DNA from: Gammaproteobacteria bacterium
Lineage (GTDB): Bacteria > Pseudomonadota > Gammaproteobacteria > Berkiellales > Berkiellaceae
Length of the DNA stretch: 64,000 nucleotides
Reading direction: 5' to 3'
Assembly (NCBI GenBank): GCA_046348545.1
Contig: JAXMEB010000006.1
Coordinates: 50,163 to 114,162 of the forward strand
Shown in pieces: positions 8,799 through 19,546 of this stretch (positions are counted from its first letter, which is position 1; each line of letters starts with the position of its first letter). Both the position numbers and the translations under genes were made by a program. The notes beneath the pieces were generated by a model that ran no database searches, had not been told where the DNA came from, and saw only the letters and a program-made list of their open reading frames with translations.

Positions 8799-9767
8799 TC
8801 AAGCCGTACGGCTTATTGTGAAATCTGCTAAGTCGTTTAATGCATCACGGTAAGGTGAAGCAGGTAAGACTTTCAAAGCTTGCTTTGCATTTTCGATCTC
8901 AAGCTTTGCAACGGACATAGTGTACTCAATTGCCCCACTAGCAGCAATGGTGCTCTGGATCTCTTTCAAAGCACCTCGTTCACCGGTTTGAATCGCGTCG
9001 ATAATAAATTGCCGATTCGGTTCACTCGCATGTTTTAAAGCATACAAAAGTGGGAGGGTGACTTTGCCTTCTGCTAAATCATCCCCTAAATTCTTACCTA
9101 ATTCTTCGGCAACAGCTGTGTAATCCAGTACATCATCTACGAGCTGGAAAGCCATGCCGATGTGCCTACCATAGGCTTGCATGCTGCGTTCAATATCGGA
9201 GGAAGATTTGCCCAGCATGGCGCCTAATCGGCCAGAGGCTTCAAATAGCTTTGCTGTTTTACAGTAGATGACATGAAAATATTGATCTTCTGTATACTCT
9301 GGATTGTGCTTATTAATTAGTTGGGCAACTTCACCCTCTACAATCATGTTGGAAGTTTCAGAAAGCACTTGCATCATCGTAAGACTGCCCAGTGAGACAA
9401 TCATTTGAAATGCCCTGGAGTATAAGAAGTCCCCGACTAGGACGCTGGTTGCATTATCCCAAATCATATTGGCTGTGGGCTGACCGCGTCGTTGCTCCGA
9501 GTCATCAACCACATCATCATGTAATAATGTTGCGGTATGTAAATATTCAATAATGGCAGCTAATGTAATATGATCTCTGCCGGTATAAGCACATGCCTTG
9601 GCCGCTAGAAGCGCAACCAATGGGCGTACGCGCTTGCCACCACTTTCAACTAAGTAGCGCCCAACTTCCTGAATCAAAGGGACATTCGATTCTAAATAGG
9701 TCAAAATAGTCTCATTGACCGCTTTAAGCTCAGATTGAAGTAAAGAGCGAATGGCTTCTAAAGACAT
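8799..9767 (-). CDS. ispB: octaprenyl-diphosphate synthase
   Basis: Polyprenyl synthetase motifs LLHDDVVDDSEQRRG and FQLVDDVLD. Position is divergent from rplU, as in other gammaproteobacteria. Confidence 0.9.
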   Translation of the reverse strand: MSLEAIRSLLQSELKAVNETILTYLESNVPLIQEVGRYLVESGGKRVRPLVALLAAKACAYTGRDHITLAAIIEYLHTATLLHDDVVDDSEQRRGQPTANMIWDNATSVLVGDFLYSRAFQMIVSLGSLTMMQVLSETSNMIVEGEVAQLINKHNPEYTEDQYFHVIYCKTAKLFEASGRLGAMLGKSSSDIERSMQAYGRHIGMAFQLVDDVLDYTAVAEELGKNLGDDLAEGKVTLPLLYALKHASEPNRQFIIDAIQTGERGALKEIQSTIAASGAIEYTMSVAKLEIENAKQALKVLPASPYRDALNDLADFTISRTA

Positions 9768-9845
9768 TGATATCGTTGCCCCCTATTAATTTCAGGCGAC
9801 TATACGACTTATTGCCATATTGCACAAGATTGCGGTGAGCGCTTC

Positions 9846-9874
9846 TTGCGGAAGTGGGGGAGTTAAAGTAGAAT
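9846..9874 (+). promoter_or_regulatory. candidate sigma70 promoter for rplU-rpmA-obgE
   Basis: TTGCGG (9846-9851), 17-nt spacer, TAGAAT (9869-9874), about 70 nt upstream of rplU. Confidence 0.35.
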
Positions 9875-9944
9875 TCGTAGCCTTGCCTTAAAGAGCAATT
9901 TCTTTATTTGTTTAACTAAATCATAATAAATGAGGTCGACAAGT

Positions 9945-10262
9945 ATGGACAGCCCGTACGCAGTCATCGAATCAGGTGGAAAGCAACACCGTGTCAAAGT
10001 AGGCCAACGCCTAAAGCTTGAAAAGCTGCCGGTTGAGGAAGGTCAAACGGTTGAGTTGGATAAAGTCATGTTGGTTGCAAATGGTGACAACGTCCAATTG
10101 GGCGCGCCTTATCTCGACAAGAGCAAAGTGTCAGCTAAAGTACTCAGCCATGGGCGTGGTGATAAGATTACCATCATTAAAATGCGTCGCCGTAAGACCT
10201 ATCGCCGTAAGCAGGGTCATCGACAAGCATTTACCGAAATTGAAGTGACTAGCATTCAATAA
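9945..10262 (+). CDS. rplU: 50S ribosomal protein L21
   Basis: ..[17 protein letters not shown]... Start trimmed to the Met at 9945 (GAGG upstream). Confidence 0.95.
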   Translation: MDSPYAVIESGGKQHRVKVGQRLKLEKLPVEEGQTVELDKVMLVANGDNVQLGAPYLDKSKVSAKVLSHGRGDKITIIKMRRRKTYRRKQGHRQAFTEIEVTSIQ

Positions 10263-10281
10263 TTTATAGAGGAAGTGTGTC

Positions 10282-10572
10282 ATGGCACATAAGAAAGCAG
10301 GCGGTAGTACTCGTAACGGTCGAGATTCAAATCCGCAATATTTAGGTGTTAAATGCTACGGTGGAGAGCAAGTAACTGGTGGATCGATCATCATCCGCCA
10401 ACGTGGCACGAAATTCCATCCAGGCGTTTTTGTCGGTATGGGTAAAGACAATACCTTATTTGCTAAGGTAGCAGGTGTTGTGAAGTTTGATCTAAAAGGT
10501 CCGCGTCACAATAAGCGCCGTATCGTTAGCATTATTCCTGCCGAACAAACTGCTCAGGCAGCCCAAGCCTAG
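10282..10572 (+). CDS. rpmA: 50S ribosomal protein L27
   Basis: [24 protein letters not shown].. Confidence 0.95.
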   Translation: MAHKKAGGSTRNGRDSNPQYLGVKCYGGEQVTGGSIIIRQRGTKFHPGVFVGMGKDNTLFAKVAGVVKFDLKGPRHNKRRIVSIIPAEQTAQAAQA

Positions 10573-10584
10573 CGCTTTTAATGA

Positions 10585-11655
<1,071 letters not shown>

Positions 11656-11677
11656 AAGACCTAAAGTTTTGAAGATT

Positions 11678-11733
11678 CCTCTCTCCCGCCATCCGCCTAC
11701 GCTAAAGTTAACAACGGAGATGCCGGGAGAGGG
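11678..11733. repeat. long imperfect palindrome between convergent obgE and rpsT (REP-like, probable bidirectional terminator)
   Basis: CCTCTCTCCCG...CGGGAGAGGG arms. The loop core GCCTACGCTAAAG(T/C)T is shared with the palindrome at 59122-59178. Confidence 0.6.
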
Positions 11734-11756
11734 GTGAGTGATTGCTAGAGAGTCAA

Positions 11757-12026
11757 TTAAGCTTTAGCAACCTGCTTTAGTTTGATACTCAAGCGACTTT
11801 TATGTCTTGAAGCTTTATTCTTATGGATCATGCCTTTGGCAACCAAACGGTCTACCAGCGAAGCTGCTTCACGGTATTCCGTAGACGCTTCATTGACACT
11901 ACCCGTTTCGATGGCTTTTAAAACGGTTTTGATTTGGCTGCGCATGCGAGACAATTGCCAGCGATTACGCATACGGCGCTTTTCATTTTGACGTGTCCGT
12001 TTTAAAGCTTGTTTTGTATTGGCCAA
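11757..12026 (-). CDS. rpsT: 30S ribosomal protein S20
   Basis: MANTKQALKRTRQNEKRR... The initiation codon is TTG, as in E. coli rpsT. Confidence 0.95.
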   Translation of the reverse strand: MANTKQALKRTRQNEKRRMRNRWQLSRMRSQIKTVLKAIETGSVNEASTEYREAASLVDRLVAKGMIHKNKASRHKSRLSIKLKQVAKA

Positions 12027-12147
12027 GGTAAATGCTCCGAACTTAATTTTATAGCTTATGAGAACCCGAAATATTCGCGCTTTTCTTGGGTTTTGTCAAC
12101 GCTCAGCGCATAATAGGGGGCGGATTTGGGGTTTGCGAGAATAAAAG

Positions 12148-13692
12148 ATGAGTAAAAAACTACTTCGATCGACTGGGATAGTTGGGGGGATGACTTTAGT
12201 TTCTCGTATTTTGGGTTTTTTAAGAGATATGGTTGTCGCGCATGCTTTTGGCGCCGGCCCCATGGTCGATGCTTTCTTGGTTGCATTTAAAATTCCCAAC
12301 TTCATGCGACGTTTATTTGCAGAAGGTGCTTTTTCTCAAGCCTTTATTCCAATTTTATCAGAATATAAAACAACCAAATCGCATGCTGAAATTCAGCTGT
12401 TGGTTAACCGTGTTTCAGGCACGTTGGCTGGTATATTAAGTATTATCACTTTTTTAGGGGTGATCGGTGCGCCGTATGTTATTTCCCTCTTTGCTCCAGG
12501 TTTTACAGGTGAAGGGGATGAGCGTTTTCACTTGGCGTCAGACATTTTGCGCTGGGTTTTCCCTTATTTGCTCCTGGTGTCCCTCACCGCATTTTGCTCA
12601 GGCATTTTGAATACATACGGTCGTTTTGCCATCCCTAGCTTTACGCCAACGTTGCTTAATATTGCGATGATTTGCGCTGCATTGCTTTCAAGTCATGCAA
12701 ATCCGCCCATTTTTAGCCTGGCATTTGGCGTTTTGGCAGGTGGTATTTTACAGCTCGTGTTTCAATTGCCGCATCTCAAACGAATTAATTTGCTCCCCAA
12801 GCCAGCTTGGGGATGGCATGACTCAGGGGTGAGGCGCGTCATTATTTTAATGGGGCCTGCGGTGCTAGGTGCTTCGGTCATGCAAATTAATTTAATGGTT
12901 GATACTTTATTTGCATCCTTCTTGCCGACCGGCAGCGTGACTTGGCTGTATTATTCGGAACGTATGCTTGAATTTCCGCTCGGTACATTTGGCGTAGCCC
13001 TTTCAACAGTGGTATTACCCCATTTATCTGAAAAACATGCCCTGAAAGATTCAGCCCATTTTAGTGCCAGTATAGATTGGGCTCTAAAATGGGTTCTATT
13101 CTTGGGCTTGCCTGCTGCCATTGGGCTGACCGCATTGTCTTTTCCCATCATGATGAGCTTGTTTCAGTATGGCGCATTTGATGTGAGGGATGCTTTGATG
13201 GCTTCTCAGAGTCTTATGGCCTTAAGCTCAGGCCTGACCTTATTCATTGGGATTAAAGTCTTAGTGAGCGCTTTTTATGCGCAGCAAGACACGAAGACGC
13301 CGGTTAAAATTGCCATCATTGCCATGCTGGCGAATGTTGTATTCAATGCTATCTTGATTGTGCCCTTTAAGCATGCTGGCTTAGCCTTAGCTTCTACCTT
13401 GAGTGCTGCGATCAATGGCGGATTATTGTTATGGTTTTTAATTAAGCAAAACCGATATCAACCGACAGCCAATTGGGTCTCCACTTTAGCGAGGGTTTTG
13501 CTTGCCTCGGGACTCATGTTAGTTTGCTTGATTCAGCTTGTCCCAGGAGAGCGTTTTTGGGTGGAGGCCTCAGGTATGGAGCGAGTTGCCTCGTTATTTG
13601 GGCTCATCTTTGGGGGGATGGGCGTATATTTGATAGCATTGTGGTGCTTAGGATTCCGAGGCAAACATTTAATTATAAGTCAGAATTGTTAA
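12148..13692 (+). CDS. murJ: lipid II flippase MurJ (MviN)
   Basis: MSKKLLRSTGIVGGMTLVSRILGFLRD.. and a polytopic membrane profile. Syntenic rpsT-murJ-ribF. Confidence 0.9.
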   Translation: MSKKLLRSTGIVGGMTLVSRILGFLRDMVVAHAFGAGPMVDAFLVAFKIPNFMRRLFAEGAFSQAFIPILSEYKTTKSHAEIQLLVNRVSGTLAGILSIITFLGVIGAPYVISLFAPGFTGEGDERFHLASDILRWVFPYLLLVSLTAFCSGILNTYGRFAIPSFTPTLLNIAMICAALLSSHANPPIFSLAFGVLAGGILQLVFQLPHLKRINLLPKPAWGWHDSGVRRVIILMGPAVLGASVMQINLMVDTLFASFLPTGSVTWLYYSERMLEFPLGTFGVALSTVVLPHLSEKHALKDSAHFSASIDWALKWVLFLGLPAAIGLTALSFPIMMSLFQYGAFDVRDALMASQSLMALSSGLTLFIGIKVLVSAFYAQQDTKTPVKIAIIAMLANVVFNAILIVPFKHAGLALASTLSAAINGGLLLWFLIKQNRYQPTANWVSTLARVLLASGLMLVCLIQLVPGERFWVEASGMERVASLFGLIFGGMGVYLIALWCLGFRGKHLIISQNC

Positions 13693-13703
13693 TTAAGAGT
13701 GTA

Positions 13704-14633
13704 ATGATGAAGCTTATCCGTGAATATCAGCGTTTAGTCCATGAGCCTAATCGATATGTAGCAACCATTGGCAATTTTGATGGCTTGCATCAGGGGCACA
13801 TGAGTATGCTGAAAAAGCTTAAAGAGGTTGCTGCGAGCTATGAATTGCCGACCTGTGTGGTGATGTTTGAGCCTTTGCCGCAGGAGTTTTTTTCGCCCTA
13901 TGCATTACCGCGTTTGATGAAGCTGCGAGATAAATTAGCTGTTTTCCAGGATGCTGGCATTGATAGAATACTCTGTCTTAAATTTAATAAACGCCTCGCT
14001 AATTTTTCAGCGAATGCATTTATCGATTCCATTCTGATTTCCGCTTTAAAAATTAAGGCCTTGATAGTGGGCGATGATTTTCGATTTGGCTATCAACGGC
14101 AAGGAGATGTCAGTACTTTAGAGAAGGCGGGCATTAAGCATCATTTTGAAGTATATCAAATTGGAACTATTTACCAGAATTATAAGAGAATCAGTAGTAC
14201 GCAAATTCGACAAGCGCTTAAAAGCGGTGATTTGAGTTTGGCATCACGTCTCTTAGGGCGCTATTTTACATTTTCAGGTCGCGTGATTTACGGTAATCAA
14301 TTGGGGCGTACGTTAGGGTTTCCGACGGCGAATTTCGCGATATCTGAAAGTTTCCCATTACGAGGTGTCTATTTGGCGCGCATTGAAGGGCTCAACGAAA
14401 AATATTACGCTTTGGTGAATATTGGCGTTAGGCCCACTATCAATGGGAATAAATTGATATTAGAAGCACATATTCTAAATTTTACAGGTAGCATTTATGG
14501 TCAAAGATTGACGCTTTCCTTCTTGTACAAGTTAAGAGATGAAAAACAATTCTTCGATTTGGAAACATTAAAACAACAGATTGCGAAAGATAAAGATCTT
14601 GCTGAACAATTATTGACTTCTATTGTGGATTAA
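13704..14633 (+). CDS. ribF: bifunctional riboflavin kinase / FMN adenylyltransferase
   Basis: ..ATIGNFDGLHQGH.. motif. Start trimmed to the ATG at 13704, just after the murJ stop. Confidence 0.9.
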   Translation: MMKLIREYQRLVHEPNRYVATIGNFDGLHQGHMSMLKKLKEVAASYELPTCVVMFEPLPQEFFSPYALPRLMKLRDKLAVFQDAGIDRILCLKFNKRLANFSANAFIDSILISALKIKALIVGDDFRFGYQRQGDVSTLEKAGIKHHFEVYQIGTIYQNYKRISSTQIRQALKSGDLSLASRLLGRYFTFSGRVIYGNQLGRTLGFPTANFAISESFPLRGVYLARIEGLNEKYYALVNIGVRPTINGNKLILEAHILNFTGSIYGQRLTLSFLYKLRDEKQFFDLETLKQQIAKDKDLAEQLLTSIVD

Positions 14634-14638
14634 TAAAC

Positions 14639-17596
14639 ATGTCAAGTGCGGATAAAAAAGATTACAAAGATACTTTGAATTTACCTAAAACCGATTTTCC
14701 AATGCGTGCAAATTTAGCGCAGCGGGAACCCAAGACATTAGAAAAATGGACATCTATAGATTTATATTCGAAACTGAGAGAAGAAGGGCAACAAAAGCCA
14801 AAATTTATTTTGCATGATGGCCCCCCTTACGCGAATGGCAATATTCATATTGGGCATGCCATCAATAAGGTTTTAAAAGATATCATTATTAAAGCCAAAA
14901 CATTATCGGGTTTTGATGCGCCTTATGTGCCAGGCTGGGATTGCCATGGCTTGCCGATTGAGCTCAATGTTGAGAAAAAACTTGGGAAACCAGGCGTTAA
15001 AGTGAGTGTGGATGAGTTTAGGAAAGCTTGTCGTACCTTCGCTGAACAGCAAATTCAACTTCAAAAAAAATCTTTTATGCGACTCGGCGTTATGGGTGAT
15101 TGGGATCATCTTTACCGTACTATGGATTTCAGCTATGAAGCCGATATTATTCGTTCATTTGGCAAGATAGTGGCCAATGGACATGTTGAAAAAGGGGTTC
15201 GTCCAGTCCATTGGTGTGTAGAATGTGGTTCTGCGCTCGCAGAAGCTGAAGTGGAATATAAAGATAAACGTTCGCCTTCCATCCATGTATTATTTGAAGC
15301 GTGTGATGCCAAAACGATACGGGATACTTTTAGTGTCACGGAAGGGGCTCATCTCCCACTGTATGCGGTGATATGGACGACAACCCCTTGGACGTTACCA
15401 GCCAATCAAGCCATTGCATTGCATCCGGAACTCACCTATGCCTTGGTTGAAACCCAAATTTTAGATCAAACGGTTTGTTTGATTGTTGCCGCAGAACTGT
15501 TAAGTGCTTTAGAGTCGAAGTTACAAACCTCGGCTAAAATATTAGGAACCTGTTTAGGAGAGGCGCTAGAGCATACCTTATTTACGCATCCTTTCTATGA
15601 TAGAAAGGTGCCGATGATATTGGGTCACCATGTCACGCTAGATGTTGGAACGGGGCTAGTGCATACCGCACCAGCACATGGTCTAGATGATTTTCATGTT
15701 TCCCATACCTATAAACTCCCCGTTGAAAGCCCAGTCGATCGGTATGGTCGCTTTATAAAAGAAACAGCCCAATTGGGTGGGCTGACCTTACACGACGCTA
15801 ATACTAAAATTATCGAAACTTTAAAAGAAAAAGGTCACTTGTTATCGGCAGAAAACCTGGAGCACAGCTACCCGCATTGTTGGCGTCATAAGACCCCTCT
15901 TATTTTCAGAGCCACGCCACAATGGTTTATCAGTATGGATCGCAATGAATTGCGCCAACGTTCGTTAGCAGCGATTGAAAATGTCAAATGGATACCGAAT
16001 TGGGGACAATCTAGAATTCAGCTGATGATAGAAGGTCGACCGGATTGGTGTATTTCACGGCAGCGAACCTGGAGTTTGCCGTTGGTGATGTTGACACACA
16101 AAGTAACCGGTGAGCCGCATCCTCAGTTACTGGAAATCATAGAATGTGTTGCCCAAAAAGTAGAGAACGGTGGAATGGAAGCGTGGCATGCGCTTGATTT
16201 AAAAACCTTGCCATTTGACAATTTAGACGAATATGAAAAATCAACAGATGGATTGGATGTTTGGTTTGATTCAGGTGTCTCGCATGCTTGCGTTCTGAAG
16301 CGAAGAATAGGGCTTGATTTTCCAGCAGATTTATATCTAGAGGGGTCAGATCAGCACCGTGGATGGTTTCAATCGTCCCTGTTAACCTCTGTTGCGATGG
16401 AGGGTATTCCACCTTTCAAACAAGTGCTGACGCATGGATTTACAGTAGATGCTAACGGACACAAAATGTCCAAATCTTTAGGTAATGTGGTTGCCCCCGA
16501 AAAAATTATTCAGACACTAGGTGCAGACGTGTTGAGATTATGGGTAGCCGCCACGGATTATCGTGGTGACATGGCGGTTTCGGATGAAATATTTACTCGA
16601 ACGAGTGATGCATACCGCCGTATTCGAAATACAGCAAGGTTTTTGCTAGCGAATTTAGATGGATTTCAGCCAGAACAAGATTTGATCTTAGATCATCAGT
16701 TCTTGGCTTTAGACGCGTGGATTGTTGAACGAGCAAAAATGCTCCAGGCAGAAATCATTGAAGCGTATGATGATTATCAATTTCATGTGATTTATCAAAA
16801 AATACATAATTTTTGTGTTGTAGAATTGGGCAGTATTTATTTAGATATTATCAAAGATAGACAATATACGACCAAGAAGGAAAGCGTTGCACGGCGCTCT
16901 GCGCAGTCTGCCATGTATCACGTAGTGCAAGCACTCAGCCTTTGGTTAGCGCCCATTTTAAGTTTTACAGCGGAAGAAATTTGGTCCTTTATTCCTGGAG
17001 AAAGATCCGACTCTATCTTTTTGTCAGAGTGGTATCAATCTTTTCCAGAAACAGGTTCACAGATTAACGATATATACCCACAACAGATGATTTTTCGGGT
17101 AGACGCCAAGCCCCTGAGCAACCGGAGTGTACATGAAGTACATGAGGATTGCGAAGTGGGCGCGGGCAACAACCCCGAAAATTCAGCTGTGAAGGGTATA
17201 GCATGGAAAATGATCTTTGATACGCGAGTTGAAGTGAATAAAGCACTCGAAGTCGCTCGCGCTGCTGGATTATTAGGATCTGGTTTAGAGGCAGAAGTTC
17301 ATCTGTATGTTGACGATACCTTGCATGCTTTGTTGTCGACCTTAAAAGATGAGTTGAGATTTGTGCTGATTACCTCAAACGCTGTCATTCATGCGCTTGA
17401 AGATAAGCCAAGTGACGCACAAGCAACTGAGTTGACTAATCTTTGGGTACGTGTTGAGCGTTCACCTCATGAGAAATGTCAACGATGTTGGCATCATCGC
17501 GAAGATGTTAATCAGCATCCTGACTATCCTGGCATCTGTGGACGATGTGTGACTAATATCGAGCAAGGCCCTGGGGAGAGCCGACAATATGCATAA
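14639..17596 (+). CDS. ileS: isoleucyl-tRNA synthetase carrying an in-frame MITE-derived insertion
   Basis: HIGH (PPYANGNIHIGHA), KMSKS (GHKMSKSLGN) and a C-terminal Zn finger (CQRCWHH..CGRC). Length is 985 aa, with the extra block encoded by the repeat at 17073-17200. Confidence 0.95.
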   Translation: MSSADKKDYKDTLNLPKTDFPMRANLAQREPKTLEKWTSIDLYSKLREEGQQKPKFILHDGPPYANGNIHIGHAINKVLKDIIIKAKTLSGFDAPYVPGWDCHGLPIELNVEKKLGKPGVKVSVDEFRKACRTFAEQQIQLQKKSFMRLGVMGDWDHLYRTMDFSYEADIIRSFGKIVANGHVEKGVRPVHWCVECGSALAEAEVEYKDKRSPSIHVLFEACDAKTIRDTFSVTEGAHLPLYAVIWTTTPWTLPANQAIALHPELTYALVETQILDQTVCLIVAAELLSALESKLQTSAKILGTCLGEALEHTLFTHPFYDRKVPMILGHHVTLDVGTGLVHTAPAHGLDDFHVSHTYKLPVESPVDRYGRFIKETAQLGGLTLHDANTKIIETLKEKGHLLSAENLEHSYPHCWRHKTPLIFRATPQWFISMDRNELRQRSLAAIENVKWIPNWGQSRIQLMIEGRPDWCISRQRTWSLPLVMLTHKVTGEPHPQLLEIIECVAQKVENGGMEAWHALDLKTLPFDNLDEYEKSTDGLDVWFDSGVSHACVLKRRIGLDFPADLYLEGSDQHRGWFQSSLLTSVAMEGIPPFKQVLTHGFTVDANGHKMSKSLGNVVAPEKIIQTLGADVLRLWVAATDYRGDMAVSDEIFTRTSDAYRRIRNTARFLLANLDGFQPEQDLILDHQFLALDAWIVERAKMLQAEIIEAYDDYQFHVIYQKIHNFCVVELGSIYLDIIKDRQYTTKKESVARRSAQSAMYHVVQALSLWLAPILSFTAEEIWSFIPGERSDSIFLSEWYQSFPETGSQINDIYPQQMIFRVDAKPLSNRSVHEVHEDCEVGAGNNPENSAVKGIAWKMIFDTRVEVNKALEVARAAGLLGSGLEAEVHLYVDDTLHALLSTLKDELRFVLITSNAVIHALEDKPSDAQATELTNLWVRVERSPHEKCQRCWHHREDVNQHPDYPGICGRCVTNIEQGPGESRQYA
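17073..17200 (+). mobile_element. 128-bp TA-flanked palindromic MITE (family 1), intragenic copy
   Basis: TATACCCACAACAG...CTGTGAAGGGTATA. Homologous to 51236-51363, 58958-59085 and 32094-32197. Confidence 0.85.
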
Positions 17597-18044
17597 CAAG
17601 CGATGGTTTTCCCTGATGATAATCGCTCTATTGCTTGATCAGGTTTCAAAATGGTTTGCTACGGCTTATCTCCATTTTGGAGAGGTCCTGAATTTATTTC
17701 CGGGCTTGAATTTATATTTGACTTACAACAAAGGAATCGCCTTTAGCATGATGAATCAAGGGGGGATTTGGCGACATTTTTTGTCCGGCCTTACCTTGAT
17801 GATTGTAATCGGGTTGTTGATCTGGCTTTATCGATTACCAGCACGGGAGAAGTGGTCCGCTATTAGTTTGAATTTAATTATTGGTGGCGCAATTGGAAAT
17901 CTGATTGATCGATTACGTCTAGGACATGTTGTTGATTTTATAGATGTATACTATCAGAATTGGCATTGGCCCACATTTAATTTGGCTGATTCCTGGGTCT
18001 GTATTGGTGCTGCTATTTTAGTTTGGGGGCTTTTTAAAGAATGA
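17589..18044 (+). CDS. lspA: lipoprotein signal peptidase II
   Basis: ..[12 protein letters not shown].. and ..FNLAD.. motifs, four hydrophobic segments, overlaps the ileS stop. Confidence 0.9.
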   Translation: MHNKRWFSLMIIALLLDQVSKWFATAYLHFGEVLNLFPGLNLYLTYNKGIAFSMMNQGGIWRHFLSGLTLMIVIGLLIWLYRLPAREKWSAISLNLIIGGAIGNLIDRLRLGHVVDFIDVYYQNWHWPTFNLADSWVCIGAAILVWGLFKE

Positions 18045-19009
18045 AAGTATTCCTTGCAAATCCACGTGGTTTTTGCGCCGGCGTTGCGCGTGCAATTGAT
18101 ATTGTTGAAGCAGCCCTTCAAAAATTTGGTGCGCCAATCTACGTGAGACATGAAGTGGTTCATAATCGCTTTGTTGTCGATGATCTCAAAAAAAGAGGGG
18201 CTGTTTTTGTCGATGAGCTTTCCAGTGTGCCAGACAATAGCGTTGTCATCTTTTCAGCGCATGGTGTTTCACAAGCTGTGAGACAAGAGGCTCGCGATCG
18301 AAATTTAACCACGGTATTAGATGCGACATGCCCATTGGTGACAAAAGTACACCTGGAAGTTGCGAGATTATCGAAACAAGGTATCGAATGTATCTTGATA
18401 GGGCATGCAGGTCATGCTGAAGTCGAAGGAACCCTAGGACAATATCACAATTTACAGGGTGGTATTTATCTCGTCGAAAAGAAAGAAGATGTTGCAGCTT
18501 TGTCTGTCAAAAATCCTGAATCACTTTTTTATGTCACGCAAACCACCTTATCGGTTGATGAAACGATGGAAATTATCCAGACGTTGAAATTAAAATTCCC
18601 AATGATCGAAGGCCCAAAGCGGGATGATATTTGCTATGCGACACAGAACAGACAAGATGCTGTGAGAAAACTTGCGCAAGTTTGTGATGTCATTTTTGTT
18701 GTTGGTTCAGTGAATAGTTCAAATTCAAATCGATTACGTGAACTCGCTGAGCAGGATGGTTGTTCAGCGTATCTTGTCGATAATGCCACTGAAATTCAAA
18801 GTGCTTGGCTTGAAAACAAAAAAGCTATCGGCGTCACAGCAGGGGCTTCTGCACCTGAAATTTTAGTGCGCGAGATGTTGCAGTATTTTAAAGATGAATG
18901 GCATGTCACGTCGATTGAGGAAATCACTGGAGAACCAGAAACCATGGTCTTTGCCTTACCTAAAGAGGTTCGTAATGTGAAGGTCACTGTTTCAGAGAGT
19001 ATGCGTTAA
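18041..19009 (+). CDS. ispH: 4-hydroxy-3-methylbut-2-enyl diphosphate reductase
   Basis: [19 protein letters not shown].. (LytB N-terminus with conserved Cys). Overlaps the lspA stop. Confidence 0.95.
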   Translation: MKVFLANPRGFCAGVARAIDIVEAALQKFGAPIYVRHEVVHNRFVVDDLKKRGAVFVDELSSVPDNSVVIFSAHGVSQAVRQEARDRNLTTVLDATCPLVTKVHLEVARLSKQGIECILIGHAGHAEVEGTLGQYHNLQGGIYLVEKKEDVAALSVKNPESLFYVTQTTLSVDETMEIIQTLKLKFPMIEGPKRDDICYATQNRQDAVRKLAQVCDVIFVVGSVNSSNSNRLRELAEQDGCSAYLVDNATEIQSAWLENKKAIGVTAGASAPEILVREMLQYFKDEWHVTSIEEITGEPETMVFALPKEVRNVKVTVSESMR

Positions 19010-19138
19010 TAATATACTCAAACCACTTTGAATTTAGGCGAGGCGTCAAGTGAACGAATCCCCCGAAGTGCACATAGAGTGCATGACGGGGGTAAGAGAG
19101 CGCGGACAACAAAGCATAAATTTAAAGTGGGAAGAGTA

Positions 19139-19543
19139 TTACCAGCAAGTTGTTGGGCTTGGCCCCTTTATATTCGTGTGCGTGATAGTCAAGGGCGAGC
19201 AGGTCGTATCACTAGCTTGTGGACCGCCAGCAACAGGGGTTGCGTTTAAGGTATAAGTCGTTGCTGTCAGATTGGTGATAGTCATATTGTAGTAACCTTC
19301 AGGCGATGTAGCCGCAACGCCTAATGTCGCAGTGGTTGCGCCGACATAAGTATTATTTTCTGTGAAATAGTGCTCCATTCGTGCCGCCATGTTAAGGAGT
19401 GCAGCTTGACCATCAGAACGGCGTGTTTTACGCATTTGGTCATTATAGGCGGGATAAGATATAGCGGCTAATATTCCTACAATAACAATAGCGACCATTA
19501 GCTCAATCAAAGTAAATCCGACATGTTTTGTATCAAAGCTCAT
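19139..19543 (-). CDS. pilE: type IV pilin-like protein PilE
   Basis: Prepilin leader and N-terminal helix ..HVG-FTLIELMVAIVIVGILAAI... Last gene of the minor-pilin cluster. Confidence 0.85.
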   Translation of the reverse strand: MSFDTKHVGFTLIELMVAIVIVGILAAISYPAYNDQMRKTRRSDGQAALLNMAARMEHYFTENNTYVGATTATLGVAATSPEGYYNMTITNLTATTYTLNATPVAGGPQASDTTCSPLTITHTNIKGPSPTTCW

Positions 19544-19546
19544 GAC

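Noticed and set aside
13473-13703. N-terminal extension of ribF in the track ORF (starts inside murJ)
   Set aside because: The extension overlaps the murJ 3' end in another frame and has no RibF-like sequence. The conserved RibF N-terminus begins at the ATG at 13704.
19060-19092. Terminator hairpin CCCCCG...CGGGGG between ispH and pilE
   Set aside because: The stem exists, but the loop is long and there is no flanking T- or A-run. That is too weak to annotate as a terminator.
19028-19256. Two overlapping plus-strand ORFs (73 and 68 aa)
   Set aside because: They are antisense to the pilE 3' half and the ispH-pilE spacer. pilE has clear pilin motifs and these have none.
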